A program made the translations under genes and the position numbers. Below are positions 41,244 through 51,475 of a DNA stretch of 64,000 nt, piece after piece; position 1 is the first letter of the stretch, and each line of letters opens with the position of its first letter. The DNA is from Candidatus Enterousia sp. (GTDB lineage: Bacteria; Pseudomonadota; Alphaproteobacteria; Rs-D84), in NCBI GenBank assembly GCA_045606425.1, contig JAZURV010000002.1, positions 22,706 to 86,705 of the forward strand. The letters run 5' to 3'. The notes below the pieces were generated by a model. It worked only from the letters and a program-made list of their open reading frames with translations. It was not told where the DNA came from and ran no database searches.

Positions 41244-42020
41244 ATGAAAAAAATTATGATTTTAATATCTTTGTTTGGTTTTATGTTTTCGATGCCCGCT
41301 GTCATGGCTGACGATATGGATTTTGATTCATTTGCCATTGTAAACGACGCAGACGAAGATATGAACATGGAAAGCGTATCATTGAATGAAGGCGCCGGCG
41401 TGTTAAATGTTAAACAATTTGATATCGCCGGAATAATGTTGGGAATGAATTATGATGCGGTAAATGATTTATTTTTTGAAAACGGCGGATTGTATGCGCC
41501 GCGCCAACGGGACAGCGTTATTTACACGATAAATAAAGAATGGAAATATAATTTGGATTATGAATGTCGTCAAAACAATGTCTTTGTTCCAGACCAATTG
41601 GAAAAATGTATAAATTCTTTGGCGCGCAGTCGCGGGTTGCTGTATGTATCAGAAATCCATTTGGAACGCGCTTTTACTGGCGAAACAATCGATGTGTATT
41701 TTACCAGCAACGCCACAGACAATGTTGTGTGGAAAATTGTTTATAATAACGATGTGAATAAAATGGACGGCGACAGTGAAAAATTCGAAAATCAACGCGA
41801 AAAGAAAATTCTGGCGTTTTGGCAGGGCGTTGTTGATAAATACGGAATTCCTAATTCAGGCGAAGACAAATGGATTTCGTCTGAAAATGCCTATGACCCA
41901 ATGATGCAGGCATATTATGGTCAACTGGTTCTGATTGACAAAGGATTGGACGCAACAGATTCCGCAGAAAATATTCAACGGGCACGCGAAAATTTCCAGG
42001 CAAAACCATATGCTTTCTAA
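41244..42020 (+). CDS. Secreted hypothetical protein
   Basis: Signal peptide; FDIAGIMLGM. Confidence 0.6.
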   Translation: MKKIMILISLFGFMFSMPAVMADDMDFDSFAIVNDADEDMNMESVSLNEGAGVLNVKQFDIAGIMLGMNYDAVNDLFFENGGLYAPRQRDSVIYTINKEWKYNLDYECRQNNVFVPDQLEKCINSLARSRGLLYVSEIHLERAFTGETIDVYFTSNATDNVVWKIVYNNDVNKMDGDSEKFENQREKKILAFWQGVVDKYGIPNSGEDKWISSENAYDPMMQAYYGQLVLIDKGLDATDSAENIQRARENFQAKPYAF

Positions 42021-42363
42021 AAAAACAACTTATACAACTGGACTGTATTCTGAATTTGTGGCGCGCATGTATTTGCGTATGCACGGGTATCGCATTTTAA
42101 AAAATCGTTATGTCACTGGAAAACATACTGGGCGCGCAGAAATAGACATTATCGCACAAAAACAAAACACTATCGTTTTTGTAGAAGTAAAATACAGGAA
42201 AGACCTGGCCACGGCATGGGACGCAATAACACCCGCCCAAATGGTGCGTTTGCGCCGTGCCGCAGAAACATTCTTGATAAATAATCATTGGATGGGCGAT
42301 GCCCGTTTTGATGTGATTGCTGTGTGTGGTCACAAAATATATTGGGCGAAAAACGCGATTTAG
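42010..42363 (+). CDS. yraN: YraN family nuclease
   Basis: EIDIIA...IVFVEVKYR, ARFDVIAV. Confidence 0.85.
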   Translation: MLSKKTTYTTGLYSEFVARMYLRMHGYRILKNRYVTGKHTGRAEIDIIAQKQNTIVFVEVKYRKDLATAWDAITPAQMVRLRRAAETFLINNHWMGDARFDVIAVCGHKIYWAKNAI

Positions 42364-42620
42364 TTTTTTATAACCGCGCTTTTAATCATTGTGACATCTT
42401 CTTTTATCCCATCGATTTTCAATTGCAGTTGCCCTATTCCGGATTCCAAAATTGCTGTTCTATTTTCCAACGAAGTCAATCGCTGTTCCATATGTTCAAT
42501 TTCAGACAAAGATGAATCCTGACGCGCAACCCAATAAATCATACCTGCAATAAACGCTATCAGGAACCAACTGTCGCGCAAGATATCCAGCAGATTAAAT
42601 ATGTTTTGTTGTTTTGTCAT
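42360..42620 (-). CDS. Small TM plus coiled-coil protein (phage lysis-type?)
   Basis: One TM followed by heptad repeats; last gene of the phage-like operon. Confidence 0.45.
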   Translation of the reverse strand: MTKQQNIFNLLDILRDSWFLIAFIAGMIYWVARQDSSLSEIEHMEQRLTSLENRTAILESGIGQLQLKIDGIKEDVTMIKSAVIKN

Positions 42621-42652
42621 AATTGTTTTAATAATTTACCATAGTATTTGTA

Positions 42653-42853
42653 TTATGTTGGATTATTACCCCTTTTTATAAAATTTTCTATTTGGTGAAA
42701 CAATGCGTTTTGTGCCGCCCACCAACGCAATTCGTTATCGGACACATTTTGTCCGATAACGCGTTCGATGGTCAATGTACGCAAATGATTCAATACCTGT
42801 TTGCCAGATGGCGTATTAAAAACACGCGCATAATGTTTTTCTATTTCGTTCAT
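42653..42853 (-). CDS. Bbp19-like small phage protein
   Basis: YARVFNTPSGKQVLNHLR...LRWWAAQNALFHQI, directly after the portal gene. Confidence 0.65.
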   Translation of the reverse strand: MNEIEKHYARVFNTPSGKQVLNHLRTLTIERVIGQNVSDNELRWWAAQNALFHQIENFIKRGNNPT

Positions 42854-42867
42854 AAATACAACCTTTG

Positions 42868-44091
42868 TTATATTGACATTTCTTCGCGTGCCATTTGGGC
42901 AATTGGTGCAATATATTTCAATTCCGCGTCACTGTGCAGTGATATTTTATCTATTAAACCACGGCGCGACAAAATTTGTAATCCGCGTTCGCACAACGGT
43001 TTAATAAATTCGTTCAACAAACGCCCGTATGTCGCCCCCAGTATTCGAACCATATCAGAATTGCGCGCCAATATTTCTGTTGCGGTCATTTCTTTGTCTG
43101 ATAACAGCCCCAGTCTGTCCGCCAATAATGTGTGACGAATTCTGTCACGCAAATCGCGCAAGACTATTTGTGAAACATCAAAATCAGAACCGCTTTGCAG
43201 CGGTGTCAAACCTGACGAACCGACAGCCTTTGGTATAATTGCGCCAGGTGTCAAATTTATATTCGACAAATTTATAACACCATCATCATCGGCCTGCCAT
43301 ATGCCGCTGACCGCGATAGTTGCGTTTTTCAACACCAATTCGACAACTTTGTTCGCGGTTTTAATATCTGGCAACGCACGCAATACCGGACCGCGCCCGT
43401 ATAATTCGCCACTGACCATGGACCAACGGAATATAATGTATGGGGTCGTTTCAAATGTTCCGCGTGCAACAATGTTATTTTCAAAATCACCACCAACATC
43501 AACCCATGCAGTAAAGTCTTTACCAACCAGTGCCTGAACCAATCTGATTGGTGTTTGTGGGTCAGATTTTACTGTGTCGCGCATATTATTCGGGAACACA
43601 AAATCTGGATAACGTTCCATTAAATCACATGCTGGTAATGATGTAGTATGGAACACCATACCCGGTAATATCGCAATATCTTTCATTGGAATTGCAGTGA
43701 AAGAAAAAGCGGAATCTGAACCAATCGGATTTTCCGCCATAAACAAACAGGCAGTTCCCAGAACGACCAAATCGATATAGCACTGATGCACAGTTGTGTA
43801 AAAATTAGAATCATTCAAATGCGCACGCAACATCAGTGTTGCCGTTTCTGCATCTGGTGACAAATCACTTTCACGAACCAGATTTATCCACAACGATTCT
43901 GGCGGTGTCAATAATGAATACATAGACGCAGCCAAATTATCAACAGCATCAGACGCAGTCGCATCGAACAAAGTCGCAACATCTGTGTCATCTGTTGGTA
44001 TGGTATAGCGCATGGCGTCCCGCCAACGCGGCAACCAGATTTCCCGTTCATTTAATGCTCGTTTATATAATTGCATAAGGTTTTTTTGCAT
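42868..44091 (-). CDS. Portal / head-tail connector (T7/BPP-1 type), compact
   Basis: FDATA..AVDNLAASM, DLVVLGTA, RW....GELYGRGP...ALPDIKTAN, MTATEI. Confidence 0.85.
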   Translation of the reverse strand: MQKNLMQLYKRALNEREIWLPRWRDAMRYTIPTDDTDVATLFDATASDAVDNLAASMYSLLTPPESLWINLVRESDLSPDAETATLMLRAHLNDSNFYTTVHQCYIDLVVLGTACLFMAENPIGSDSAFSFTAIPMKDIAILPGMVFHTTSLPACDLMERYPDFVFPNNMRDTVKSDPQTPIRLVQALVGKDFTAWVDVGGDFENNIVARGTFETTPYIIFRWSMVSGELYGRGPVLRALPDIKTANKVVELVLKNATIAVSGIWQADDDGVINLSNINLTPGAIIPKAVGSSGLTPLQSGSDFDVSQIVLRDLRDRIRHTLLADRLGLLSDKEMTATEILARNSDMVRILGATYGRLLNEFIKPLCERGLQILSRRGLIDKISLHSDAELKYIAPIAQMAREEMSI

Positions 44092-44106
44092 TTTTTATTC
44101 CTTTGT

Positions 44107-44955
44107 TTATATGTTGAATTCAGTATTTGCACGAATAACAGTTTGGTTCTTTCCGAATGCACGCACAGGGTTCGGCATCATAGATATCGCCCCCGCAACC
44201 GCGTCCAGACCGTCATCGTGTTCCCTGGAACCAATCGGCGTCCACGCTAACATTTCAGACAACAACATCGTTTGTTTAACGCGGTCGTGCATGAAAAGGT
44301 GACCTGTGGACAACAATGGTTCCAAAGCATTCAAAATTCTTGTTTCTTTCTTTACATGATTTGAAATCTGCACAATATTTACCTGCATCTGATTTTTTGA
44401 TGCGATATCGCGCATAATTTCTGGCAACGCGTTGCCAATTCCGTTTGTTTCAATACCTATACGTGTTGTATGATGTTTTCGCATAAAATCCAGAACATCT
44501 GCACACTGGTTTGCCAACGGATGAATATCCGAATCATCAACATGCATATACATAATATCGTGAACAAAAACATTTCTGTTTTTATCGTCGCGATATATCA
44601 GGACACAAACACTGCCGTCATGATTATTGCGTCCTGTCGATGGGTCCCAATACAGTGCAGTTCCTGTGATATTATGTTCACCTATTTTCGCGGTATAAAT
44701 ATCAAAGTCATTTGAATAGAAATGCACTGCCCCTGGGTCCAATTGAACGCGTTCCATGGCGACATATTCCAACATCATTTGTGCAGAAAAATGTCGTGGG
44801 CCAACAATGTCTGCCAATTCGTGTATTTTTTCGATTGGGAACATATCGGGCCACGCCGGATTTCCAGCACTGTCCACGATGGGAATTTTCAATTGTCTGT
44901 ATCCCCGTAAAAAAGGTATTGAATTCTGAAAATTTTCGTTTAATCTTATGGACAT
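44107..44955 (-). CDS. Terminase large subunit, C-terminal nuclease half
   Basis: WPDMF...FSAQMML, YWDPS, IETNGIG, KETRI...LEP, HDDGLDAVA. ATG at 44955 with GGAG RBS inside dnaB. Confidence 0.8.
   Translation of the reverse strand: MSIRLNENFQNSIPFLRGYRQLKIPIVDSAGNPAWPDMFPIEKIHELADIVGPRHFSAQMMLEYVAMERVQLDPGAVHFYSNDFDIYTAKIGEHNITGTALYWDPSTGRNNHDGSVCVLIYRDDKNRNVFVHDIMYMHVDDSDIHPLANQCADVLDFMRKHHTTRIGIETNGIGNALPEIMRDIASKNQMQVNIVQISNHVKKETRILNALEPLLSTGHLFMHDRVKQTMLLSEMLAWTPIGSREHDDGLDAVAGAISMMPNPVRAFGKNQTVIRANTEFNI
44919..44946 (+). promoter_or_regulatory. Putative sigma70 promoter for leaderless dnaB, located inside terL-C
   Basis: TTGAAT-16bp-TAATCT; ATG at 44954 falls at the expected +1. Confidence 0.4.
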
Positions 44956-46501
44956 GGACTTCACTCCGAAAACTTTACCTACTAATTTAGAAGCCGAACA
45001 GGCCGTATTGGCGGCGGTACTGATGAACAACCGCGCATTGGAATCTGTGTCAGATTTCTTGATGCCAGAACACTTTTTCCACCCAGCGCACCAGGAAATA
45101 TATCGCCTGGCGATGCGCCAATTTGCCGTTGGTATTCCGTTTGATATAATCACTGCCAAAACATACCTGGAACAACAGGGAACTTTGGAAAGCGTTGGCG
45201 GTGTTGAATACCTGTCTAAATTGGCATCGGCGGGCTCTACGGTGGTAAATGTTGAACATTACGGACACATAGTTTTTGATAATGCGCGTCGCCGTGATTT
45301 GATTCAATTGGGGCAAAGCATTATCGACGATGCCTATACCGAAGATTTGGACAAAAGTGTGAACACCCAAATCGAATCGGCAGAACAAAAGTTATTTAAT
45401 CTGGCGTCCACAGGTCAAACAGAACACAGCGTTGTATCGTTGGCGGACGCGTTGAAAAGCGCACTGAAAGAAGCCGAAATCGCGTACAAAGCCGACGGCA
45501 AATTGTCTGGTCTGACCACAGGGTTGGACGATTTGGATAAATCTATCAGTGGTCTGCATCATTCTGATTTAATTATTATCGCCGGTCGTCCAGGTATGGG
45601 TAAAACAACACTGGCGATGAATATTGCTTTTAATGCAGCGAACGCGATATTAAATGGTCGTGCGAACACCCAATACAGGGGCGCGGTTGCATTCTTCAGT
45701 TTGGAAATGTCGTTTTCCCAATTGGCGGCGCGCGTGTTATCATCACAATCAAAGATACCTGCATCACACATGCGTGACGGTAATCTTAGCGACGAAGATT
45801 TTACAAAAATGACCCAATACAGCGAAGCCCTGTCAAAGGTTCCTGTGGTCATAGACGATACCGCAAACATGTCGGTTGCAGGAATCAAAACGCGCGCACG
45901 CCGTATTGCGCGTCAGTTTAATGGTCTGTCGCTGATTGTTATCGACTATTTACAGTTGATGACATCACCAGGTGGCAAACACAGCGACAATCGTGTTCAG
46001 GAATTGTCTGAAATCACCCGCGGTCTGAAAATCCTGGCCAAAGAAATGGATGTGCCTGTTATCGCCCTGTCCCAGTTGTCCCGCAGCGTCGAACAACGCG
46101 ACGATAAACGCCCTGTTCTGTCAGATTTGCGTGAATCCGGTTCTATTGAACAAGATGCGGATATCGTTATGTTTACATACCGCGAAGAATATTACCTGGA
46201 AGGTCGTTCCCCAGATAAAAAATTATCCGGAACTGCGTCCGAACAATCCATGCAGAATTGGCAAAAGCGTTTAGACAGCGTCCGCAACAAGGCAGATGTT
46301 ATCATCGCAAAAAACCGTCATGGTAAACCAGAAACAGTACATTTAAGTTTCATCGGCGAATACTATCTGTTTGATAACCTGAACCAGTTTGGACCACAGC
46401 AGAATTCTGACACAGGATTTGAAGTGCAATATGCTGCCCCGGCAGATTCAAATGTACAAACCGTTGCCGATGCAAATGATATTCCTGACGATTTCATTTA
46501 A
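44948..46501 (+). CDS. dnaB: Replicative DNA helicase DnaB
   Basis: EAEQAVL, AGRPGMGKT, FSLEMS, VIDYLQL, LSQLSR, DLRESGSIEQDAD, KNRHG. Confidence 0.95.
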   Translation: MDMDFTPKTLPTNLEAEQAVLAAVLMNNRALESVSDFLMPEHFFHPAHQEIYRLAMRQFAVGIPFDIITAKTYLEQQGTLESVGGVEYLSKLASAGSTVVNVEHYGHIVFDNARRRDLIQLGQSIIDDAYTEDLDKSVNTQIESAEQKLFNLASTGQTEHSVVSLADALKSALKEAEIAYKADGKLSGLTTGLDDLDKSISGLHHSDLIIIAGRPGMGKTTLAMNIAFNAANAILNGRANTQYRGAVAFFSLEMSFSQLAARVLSSQSKIPASHMRDGNLSDEDFTKMTQYSEALSKVPVVIDDTANMSVAGIKTRARRIARQFNGLSLIVIDYLQLMTSPGGKHSDNRVQELSEITRGLKILAKEMDVPVIALSQLSRSVEQRDDKRPVLSDLRESGSIEQDADIVMFTYREEYYLEGRSPDKKLSGTASEQSMQNWQKRLDSVRNKADVIIAKNRHGKPETVHLSFIGEYYLFDNLNQFGPQQNSDTGFEVQYAAPADSNVQTVADANDIPDDFI

Positions 46502-46567
46502 TTTTTATCTTGCCAAGGTCTTAAAAATTGACTAACATTTTGTCAACATATACAAAAAGGGCAAACC

Positions 46568-47575
46568 ATGGCACAAGAAGAAATCATTTTCCCAAATAAC
46601 ATTCGCAACATCCGCGCATCGCGTGGTATGAAGATGACTGAATTGGCGCGTCGTTCCAATTTATCACTGTCCGCAGTATCAAAAATTGAAAAAGGCGTCC
46701 GTCGTCTGAATCAGAAACAATTGCTGAATGTGTGCAATATATTGGGTTGTAAATTGTCCGATATATTTATTCACGAATCTGATTCTGTGGCACAAAATTG
46801 GCAAAATGAAATCAGACGCCGCCTGGTTGATAACGAAGACAGCGGATTGAAAATATTTGGTTCTGGCCTGCGTAAAATTCGCCAACGCAGCGAAAAAACT
46901 ATCGCCCAGGCTGCCAAGGCTGCGAATATGACACTGTCTGTGTATCATAAAATTGAGGTCGGTCAACGCGAAGTCTATGAAAACGAAATCGATGTACTGG
47001 CCCAGGCGTTTGGATACAAAGCGTCCGAATTATTCGATGAAATCGCAAAATTATACAAATCTGGCGAACTGACAAAACAAATCGACAAAGTCAAAGAACG
47101 CGTTAAATCTGTTTTGGAACCGGTCAACCCAGTGTCCGGATTGGATATTCACGGCGGACTTTATGGCGCACAGTTATACGATAACGCACGCAAAAAATTG
47201 GTTCCTGTTTTCGGTAAACCATCTGGCAAATCCATTCAGTTGAAAAAGTCTGATGAAACGATGATTGTTGCACCAACTGAATTAGAAGGCCACAATGGAA
47301 TCTATGCCGTCGTACCAAATTCGAAACGCCTGGGTGGATTTATCCCAGAATCTGCATATGTTTTTGTAGATGCAAATTCGACCCCGTCTGTCGGCGATTT
47401 GGCGGTAAGTATGGACGCTGATTTTGCGAAATTATCATCTGACGATGTTGCAAATGCCCAAATCGTCGTGGTCAAGAAAGATTCCCACGGCAAAATTTTT
47501 GGTCATGTATCTGGCCCAGAAGAAAAAGTTTACGGCAAAACTTTGCACAAAGTTGTTATGATTGTAATGCAATAA
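46568..47575 (+). CDS. Double-HTH XRE family regulator
   Basis: Two HTH_XRE domains (IRNIRASRGMKMTELARR...; LRKIRQRSEKTIAQAAK...) plus a beta-rich C-terminal domain. Confidence 0.8.
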   Translation: MAQEEIIFPNNIRNIRASRGMKMTELARRSNLSLSAVSKIEKGVRRLNQKQLLNVCNILGCKLSDIFIHESDSVAQNWQNEIRRRLVDNEDSGLKIFGSGLRKIRQRSEKTIAQAAKAANMTLSVYHKIEVGQREVYENEIDVLAQAFGYKASELFDEIAKLYKSGELTKQIDKVKERVKSVLEPVNPVSGLDIHGGLYGAQLYDNARKKLVPVFGKPSGKSIQLKKSDETMIVAPTELEGHNGIYAVVPNSKRLGGFIPESAYVFVDANSTPSVGDLAVSMDADFAKLSSDDVANAQIVVVKKDSHGKIFGHVSGPEEKVYGKTLHKVVMIVMQ

Positions 47576-47599
47576 CCTGTATAACCCAAGGAGAGAGAT

Positions 47600-48241
47600 A
47601 TGCAACAACAGGCACACACAATCGCCCAACGTTTGTTAAATCTTTATCGCCAGGCCCATGTCATAGATGGCGGTTGGGCTGCGGTGAACCAGGTTTTTAT
47701 TTCTGAATCAAATGACAATCAGGTTATTTCTGAATTGGAAACAATGCCAACTGGGAAAAAACTGATTGCACATATAAACAACCTGCGCGCAGGAAAAACA
47801 CCGATGGATTCTATCGACAAAGATTTATTGCCGTATGGTGGGCTGATGACTGGGCAACAAACAACTGTTTCTTTGTCTGATGATGAAATCAAACAATTAA
47901 AACAAATTCTGAATACATTCCAACCAAATCCAGAAAGTTTGGAAATCGTAAAGAATTTACCGTTTGTTCAAAAATTCGGTAATGATTGGGTTCAAGATGT
48001 AAAATCAGCAATCGCATTTGATAATGATTTATCCAACAAATGGCAAATTGTCGCGCAAACCGACCATGCCTATCGCACATGGGACAGCGCAAAACAATTA
48101 CTGTCTGAAACACTGACAGAACGCAATCGCGCCCAAATTCAGGCTGACATGCCAGAATTCGAAACATATCTGCCCATGTTCGGCGATGCCGGGAATGAAA
48201 TGTTGGCTAAATTGCGTACATTTATGTCGTCGTTGTCGTAA
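47600..48241 (+). CDS. Hypothetical protein
   Basis: 213-aa ORF with GGAG RBS. Confidence 0.65.
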   Translation: MQQQAHTIAQRLLNLYRQAHVIDGGWAAVNQVFISESNDNQVISELETMPTGKKLIAHINNLRAGKTPMDSIDKDLLPYGGLMTGQQTTVSLSDDEIKQLKQILNTFQPNPESLEIVKNLPFVQKFGNDWVQDVKSAIAFDNDLSNKWQIVAQTDHAYRTWDSAKQLLSETLTERNRAQIQADMPEFETYLPMFGDAGNEMLAKLRTFMSSLS

Positions 48242-48243
48242 AT

Positions 48244-48861
48244 TCATTCTGTTTTATAGATTGTATCATGCGTGTGCGGTGTACCGATATAAATCATCGT
48301 TCCGTTTGGCGATAAAATAAAATCCAGTTCACGCAATCTTTCACGCAGATTTTCCCTTTTCTGTTGCGTATTGCATGTATTTGGCACTTCTACATCGTCA
48401 CAGATAATCAAATCAGAACGCATTCCTGTTATGTTGCCTGCGATTCCTTGGCAAATAACAGATGGTTCGCGAATTCCGATTGGACGTTTTATAGTTATCT
48501 TGTGCGTGCCCCATTCTTTTTTTACATCAGGAACAATTCCATCGCACCACGGATGATTTTCAATAATGTTTTTTATATGCGCAACCATACGCGATGCCAA
48601 TCCAGATTCTGCGGACAATATCAAAATCCTGGTTTCTGGTTTGTGATATAAAACACACGCCGCAAACACACCGACAACTGTTGATTTTCCGGAATGCCTG
48701 AAAGCGTTTAATAATCCACGATGTGGTTTATTGTTAAATACATCGACCAAGAAACCTATTATTTTTTTATGATGTTCTGGCGTTTGCAATCCCAAAACTT
48801 TGTTCCACGCGTCCAGAAAATCAAATGCTTCCGTAATCGTCATTGTTATCGCCACTGGCAT
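48244..48861 (-). CDS. Terminase large subunit, N-terminal ATPase half
   Basis: AFRHSGKST (Walker A), ITGMRSDLIICDDVE (Walker B), YIGTPH coupling motif, then a stop codon. Confidence 0.85.
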   Translation of the reverse strand: MPVAITMTITEAFDFLDAWNKVLGLQTPEHHKKIIGFLVDVFNNKPHRGLLNAFRHSGKSTVVGVFAACVLYHKPETRILILSAESGLASRMVAHIKNIIENHPWCDGIVPDVKKEWGTHKITIKRPIGIREPSVICQGIAGNITGMRSDLIICDDVEVPNTCNTQQKRENLRERLRELDFILSPNGTMIYIGTPHTHDTIYKTE

Positions 48862-49369
48862 GTTCCGTCACAGACCCATAATCGTTTATCAGTTTTGGCA
48901 AAGCATCTTCCAATACCGATACCAAATTATAATACAGCCCCAAAACCGCACCGCCAGACATTTTATCTTCGATTGTCGCCATCACATAGTCTAATTTTTT
49001 CATTACTGTGTCATGAATATTTGCCCATTGTGATAAATCGATATTTATAGTTTGAATATCTTGTAATGCAGCAACGATAAAATCGAAATCAGAATTCAAA
49101 TCTTCTGGGTCTATTTTTTCCGTTGGCTGATAATCTATCACACGCGACAAATCAACCTGGCGAAAGATATCTATCTGTGTACCTGTTTCGGGTGCAACGG
49201 GGAACACAACCACGCCACCGCTGAAATCATCATTTGGATTTACATCATATTGTGTGTTATCCAAAACAGAATCGTTGATTGCGACCTTTATATCTGCATC
49301 TTGAAAGAATGGGAACACAAATGAAAATTCGGTATTTTCACCGTCCCCAACATAAGAGATTTTATACAT
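48821..49369 (-). CDS. Tail fibre protein, T7 gp17 N-terminal-like domain
   Basis: SYVGDGENTEFSFVFPFF..DIKV...IFR...DLNSDFD. Confidence 0.7.
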   Translation of the reverse strand: MYKISYVGDGENTEFSFVFPFFQDADIKVAINDSVLDNTQYDVNPNDDFSGGVVVFPVAPETGTQIDIFRQVDLSRVIDYQPTEKIDPEDLNSDFDFIVAALQDIQTINIDLSQWANIHDTVMKKLDYVMATIEDKMSGGAVLGLYYNLVSVLEDALPKLINDYGSVTEHASGDNNDDYGSI

Positions 49370-49378
49370 TTTGTCCCC

Positions 49379-49726
49379 CTATCCTGCGATTTTGTCGATA
49401 TTGCTTAACCAGTTTTTAATGATGTTAGGTTTTTTTACTTTCAGTTTTTTTATTTTATCGATATTTTCCTGACGCTTGGTTTCGTATGGTTCTGCGGTTT
49501 CATCGCGCAAACGTTTCAGCACCGCTTTTTCGGACAAACCGTTTCCGCCATTTCCACTGGCACCGTATTTAGCGCGTTGATTTGCCAATGCTTTTTTTAT
49601 TAAATTTGTTTTTGTCGCTTCGTCTGACGCCATTTGTGCCAGTATTTTCTGACGTTGATTTTCTGCTTCCTTTTTTGAATCTTTATAATCTAAAACTTTT
49701 GTCACATCTGATACCAGTTGTCCCAT
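49379..49726 (-). CDS. Putative internal virion protein
   Basis: Helical, with QRAKYGASG motif; located after tail tube B. Confidence 0.45.
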   Translation of the reverse strand: MGQLVSDVTKVLDYKDSKKEAENQRQKILAQMASDEATKTNLIKKALANQRAKYGASGNGGNGLSEKAVLKRLRDETAEPYETKRQENIDKIKKLKVKKPNIIKNWLSNIDKIAG

Positions 49727-49744
49727 TTGTTTCCTCCTGTTTTT

Positions 49745-51457
49745 TTATACTAAATACCAACCATCAACTGTCACAGACAATATGGTTGCGTTTAATTGTT
49801 CGTTGCTGGACAATGTCCACAACGGTTTCATTGTGTCGATTTGACCGCCCAACAAATTCAATGATAAATCACCGCTGTATCCAGGATTGTCTGCATCGTA
49901 AACACAATTTGGAATTTCTATGCGTTGATTATTTACAAACACAGTCTTTGTATCCAAAACGCGCAGCGATATTTTACGCGCCCGAATTTTCTTTGGGCTG
50001 TGATTATTCACTATCATTGGGAACGCAGATATTTTATAAGAAAAATTATAATTCGTGGCATCAGTCAAAGACGCTTCATCAAATTTTTCCAAATAAAAAT
50101 TATTATCGCGTTCAACAACAACATATGTTGCATTATTAAACACGCTTACATACTTGAATTTACCGTTTGTTGTATATCTTCCCCACGCATTTATATCTGT
50201 GTTCGGATGTTTATTCAACACAGCCATATACCCGTCATTCATCACAATGAAAAGGCGATGTGTCGCCTGATTGAATGCGATGCTGATTGGTTCTTGCATC
50301 AAATGTTTAGACAACGAACATAAATCGTTGGCATTGTAATGCTGACTTAAATCATCTAAATCCAGTTCGCGCACATCTTTGCCGGACTGCGAAATAAATA
50401 CAGTGGAACCTTCTATTTGTTGTGGTGGCAACCAGCGATTTGTTATAGAACCAACCGATGTATGCTGTTTAATATCTATATTTGCCGGCGTCAATGGGGC
50501 ATTCGAAATCGCCCATTCGCCCACAGATGTCAATATTTGCAAATTATCACTGCTGACTATTGTTGAAATCTGGTGATGTTGCGACGATAACAGGGCAGTA
50601 AAAATCGCATCATCATCTAAACCGTTGCCTGCATCAAAGTTATTGTAATCACCGACTTTCGACATCCACAAATTATTTGGTGCCGATTTTGTGCCACCGA
50701 AAACCAATCTGTTTTGATGGAACGAAACGGCGCGCGGCCAACCGCGTTTGTCACTGAATGCGGCAACATACCAATCATAGATAGCAGTACCAGGGAAAGA
50801 AAAATCTCCGTTTGTAAAAACAGTCGCGACACGCGCATTTTGCACAGATTGAACAATCCATTGTTTATTGTTGACCAACAACCTTTGCCAAACCCAATCA
50901 TCGGTCCATATATCTTTGTTGGTGGTAAATGTTGCATGGTTATTGTCGATTGTACTGCTGGAAATCGTTATAGCAACTCCGTCCATATCGTCGAATCGCA
51001 TAAACGGAATGTTTATTGACAAATCCGAATTGACATGGAAATAAAACTGTTTGATACTGAAACCAGATGCGTCTTTGGTAAATACCATTGGACTGAATTC
51101 TGGGTGCGCGAAAAAGATTGAATTAAATCTTTGTGCGTATTGTATTTGTTTTAAATCTATATTTTCCCACGGCGTGGTCACACTTTCAATTTGCACATCG
51201 TTTTCATACACATCTATTTTTTGGTTGTAAATAACCAATAAATATTTTTCCGATTCGCTTATCTGAAAAGGCACCAAAATCGCATTGTCTGGAATTTGCG
51301 CGATACTTTGCAGTCCTGCTCTGCGCTTTAATGCACCAGATTGCAAAACATCCATATTTTCCAGATGTGCCAACCCATTATTATTATTTATGGCATAAAA
51401 TTCTGGTGAAATTTCACCAAATGAAAATATATTTTGTGTTTTAAGAAAATTTCCCAT
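49745..51457 (-). CDS. Tail tubular protein B (gp12-like nozzle)
   Basis: FSFGEISP...NMDVLQSGALKRRAG, GWPRAVSFHQNRLVFGG, WMSKVGDYNNF. Confidence 0.75.
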   Translation of the reverse strand: MGNFLKTQNIFSFGEISPEFYAINNNNGLAHLENMDVLQSGALKRRAGLQSIAQIPDNAILVPFQISESEKYLLVIYNQKIDVYENDVQIESVTTPWENIDLKQIQYAQRFNSIFFAHPEFSPMVFTKDASGFSIKQFYFHVNSDLSINIPFMRFDDMDGVAITISSSTIDNNHATFTTNKDIWTDDWVWQRLLVNNKQWIVQSVQNARVATVFTNGDFSFPGTAIYDWYVAAFSDKRGWPRAVSFHQNRLVFGGTKSAPNNLWMSKVGDYNNFDAGNGLDDDAIFTALLSSQHHQISTIVSSDNLQILTSVGEWAISNAPLTPANIDIKQHTSVGSITNRWLPPQQIEGSTVFISQSGKDVRELDLDDLSQHYNANDLCSLSKHLMQEPISIAFNQATHRLFIVMNDGYMAVLNKHPNTDINAWGRYTTNGKFKYVSVFNNATYVVVERDNNFYLEKFDEASLTDATNYNFSYKISAFPMIVNNHSPKKIRARKISLRVLDTKTVFVNNQRIEIPNCVYDADNPGYSGDLSLNLLGGQIDTMKPLWTLSSNEQLNATILSVTVDGWYLV

Positions 51458-51475
51458 ATCTAAACTCCTTTATTG

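Noticed and set aside
44956-45159. N-terminal extension of the 350-aa terminase ORF
   Set aside because: It is antisense to conserved dnaB coding sequence; the ATG at 44955 has an RBS and matches where terminase similarity begins.
44948-46501. dnaB as a phage replication gene
   Set aside because: It is a full-length, cellular-type DnaB on the opposite strand with no primase or initiator nearby. Single-copy status should still be checked.
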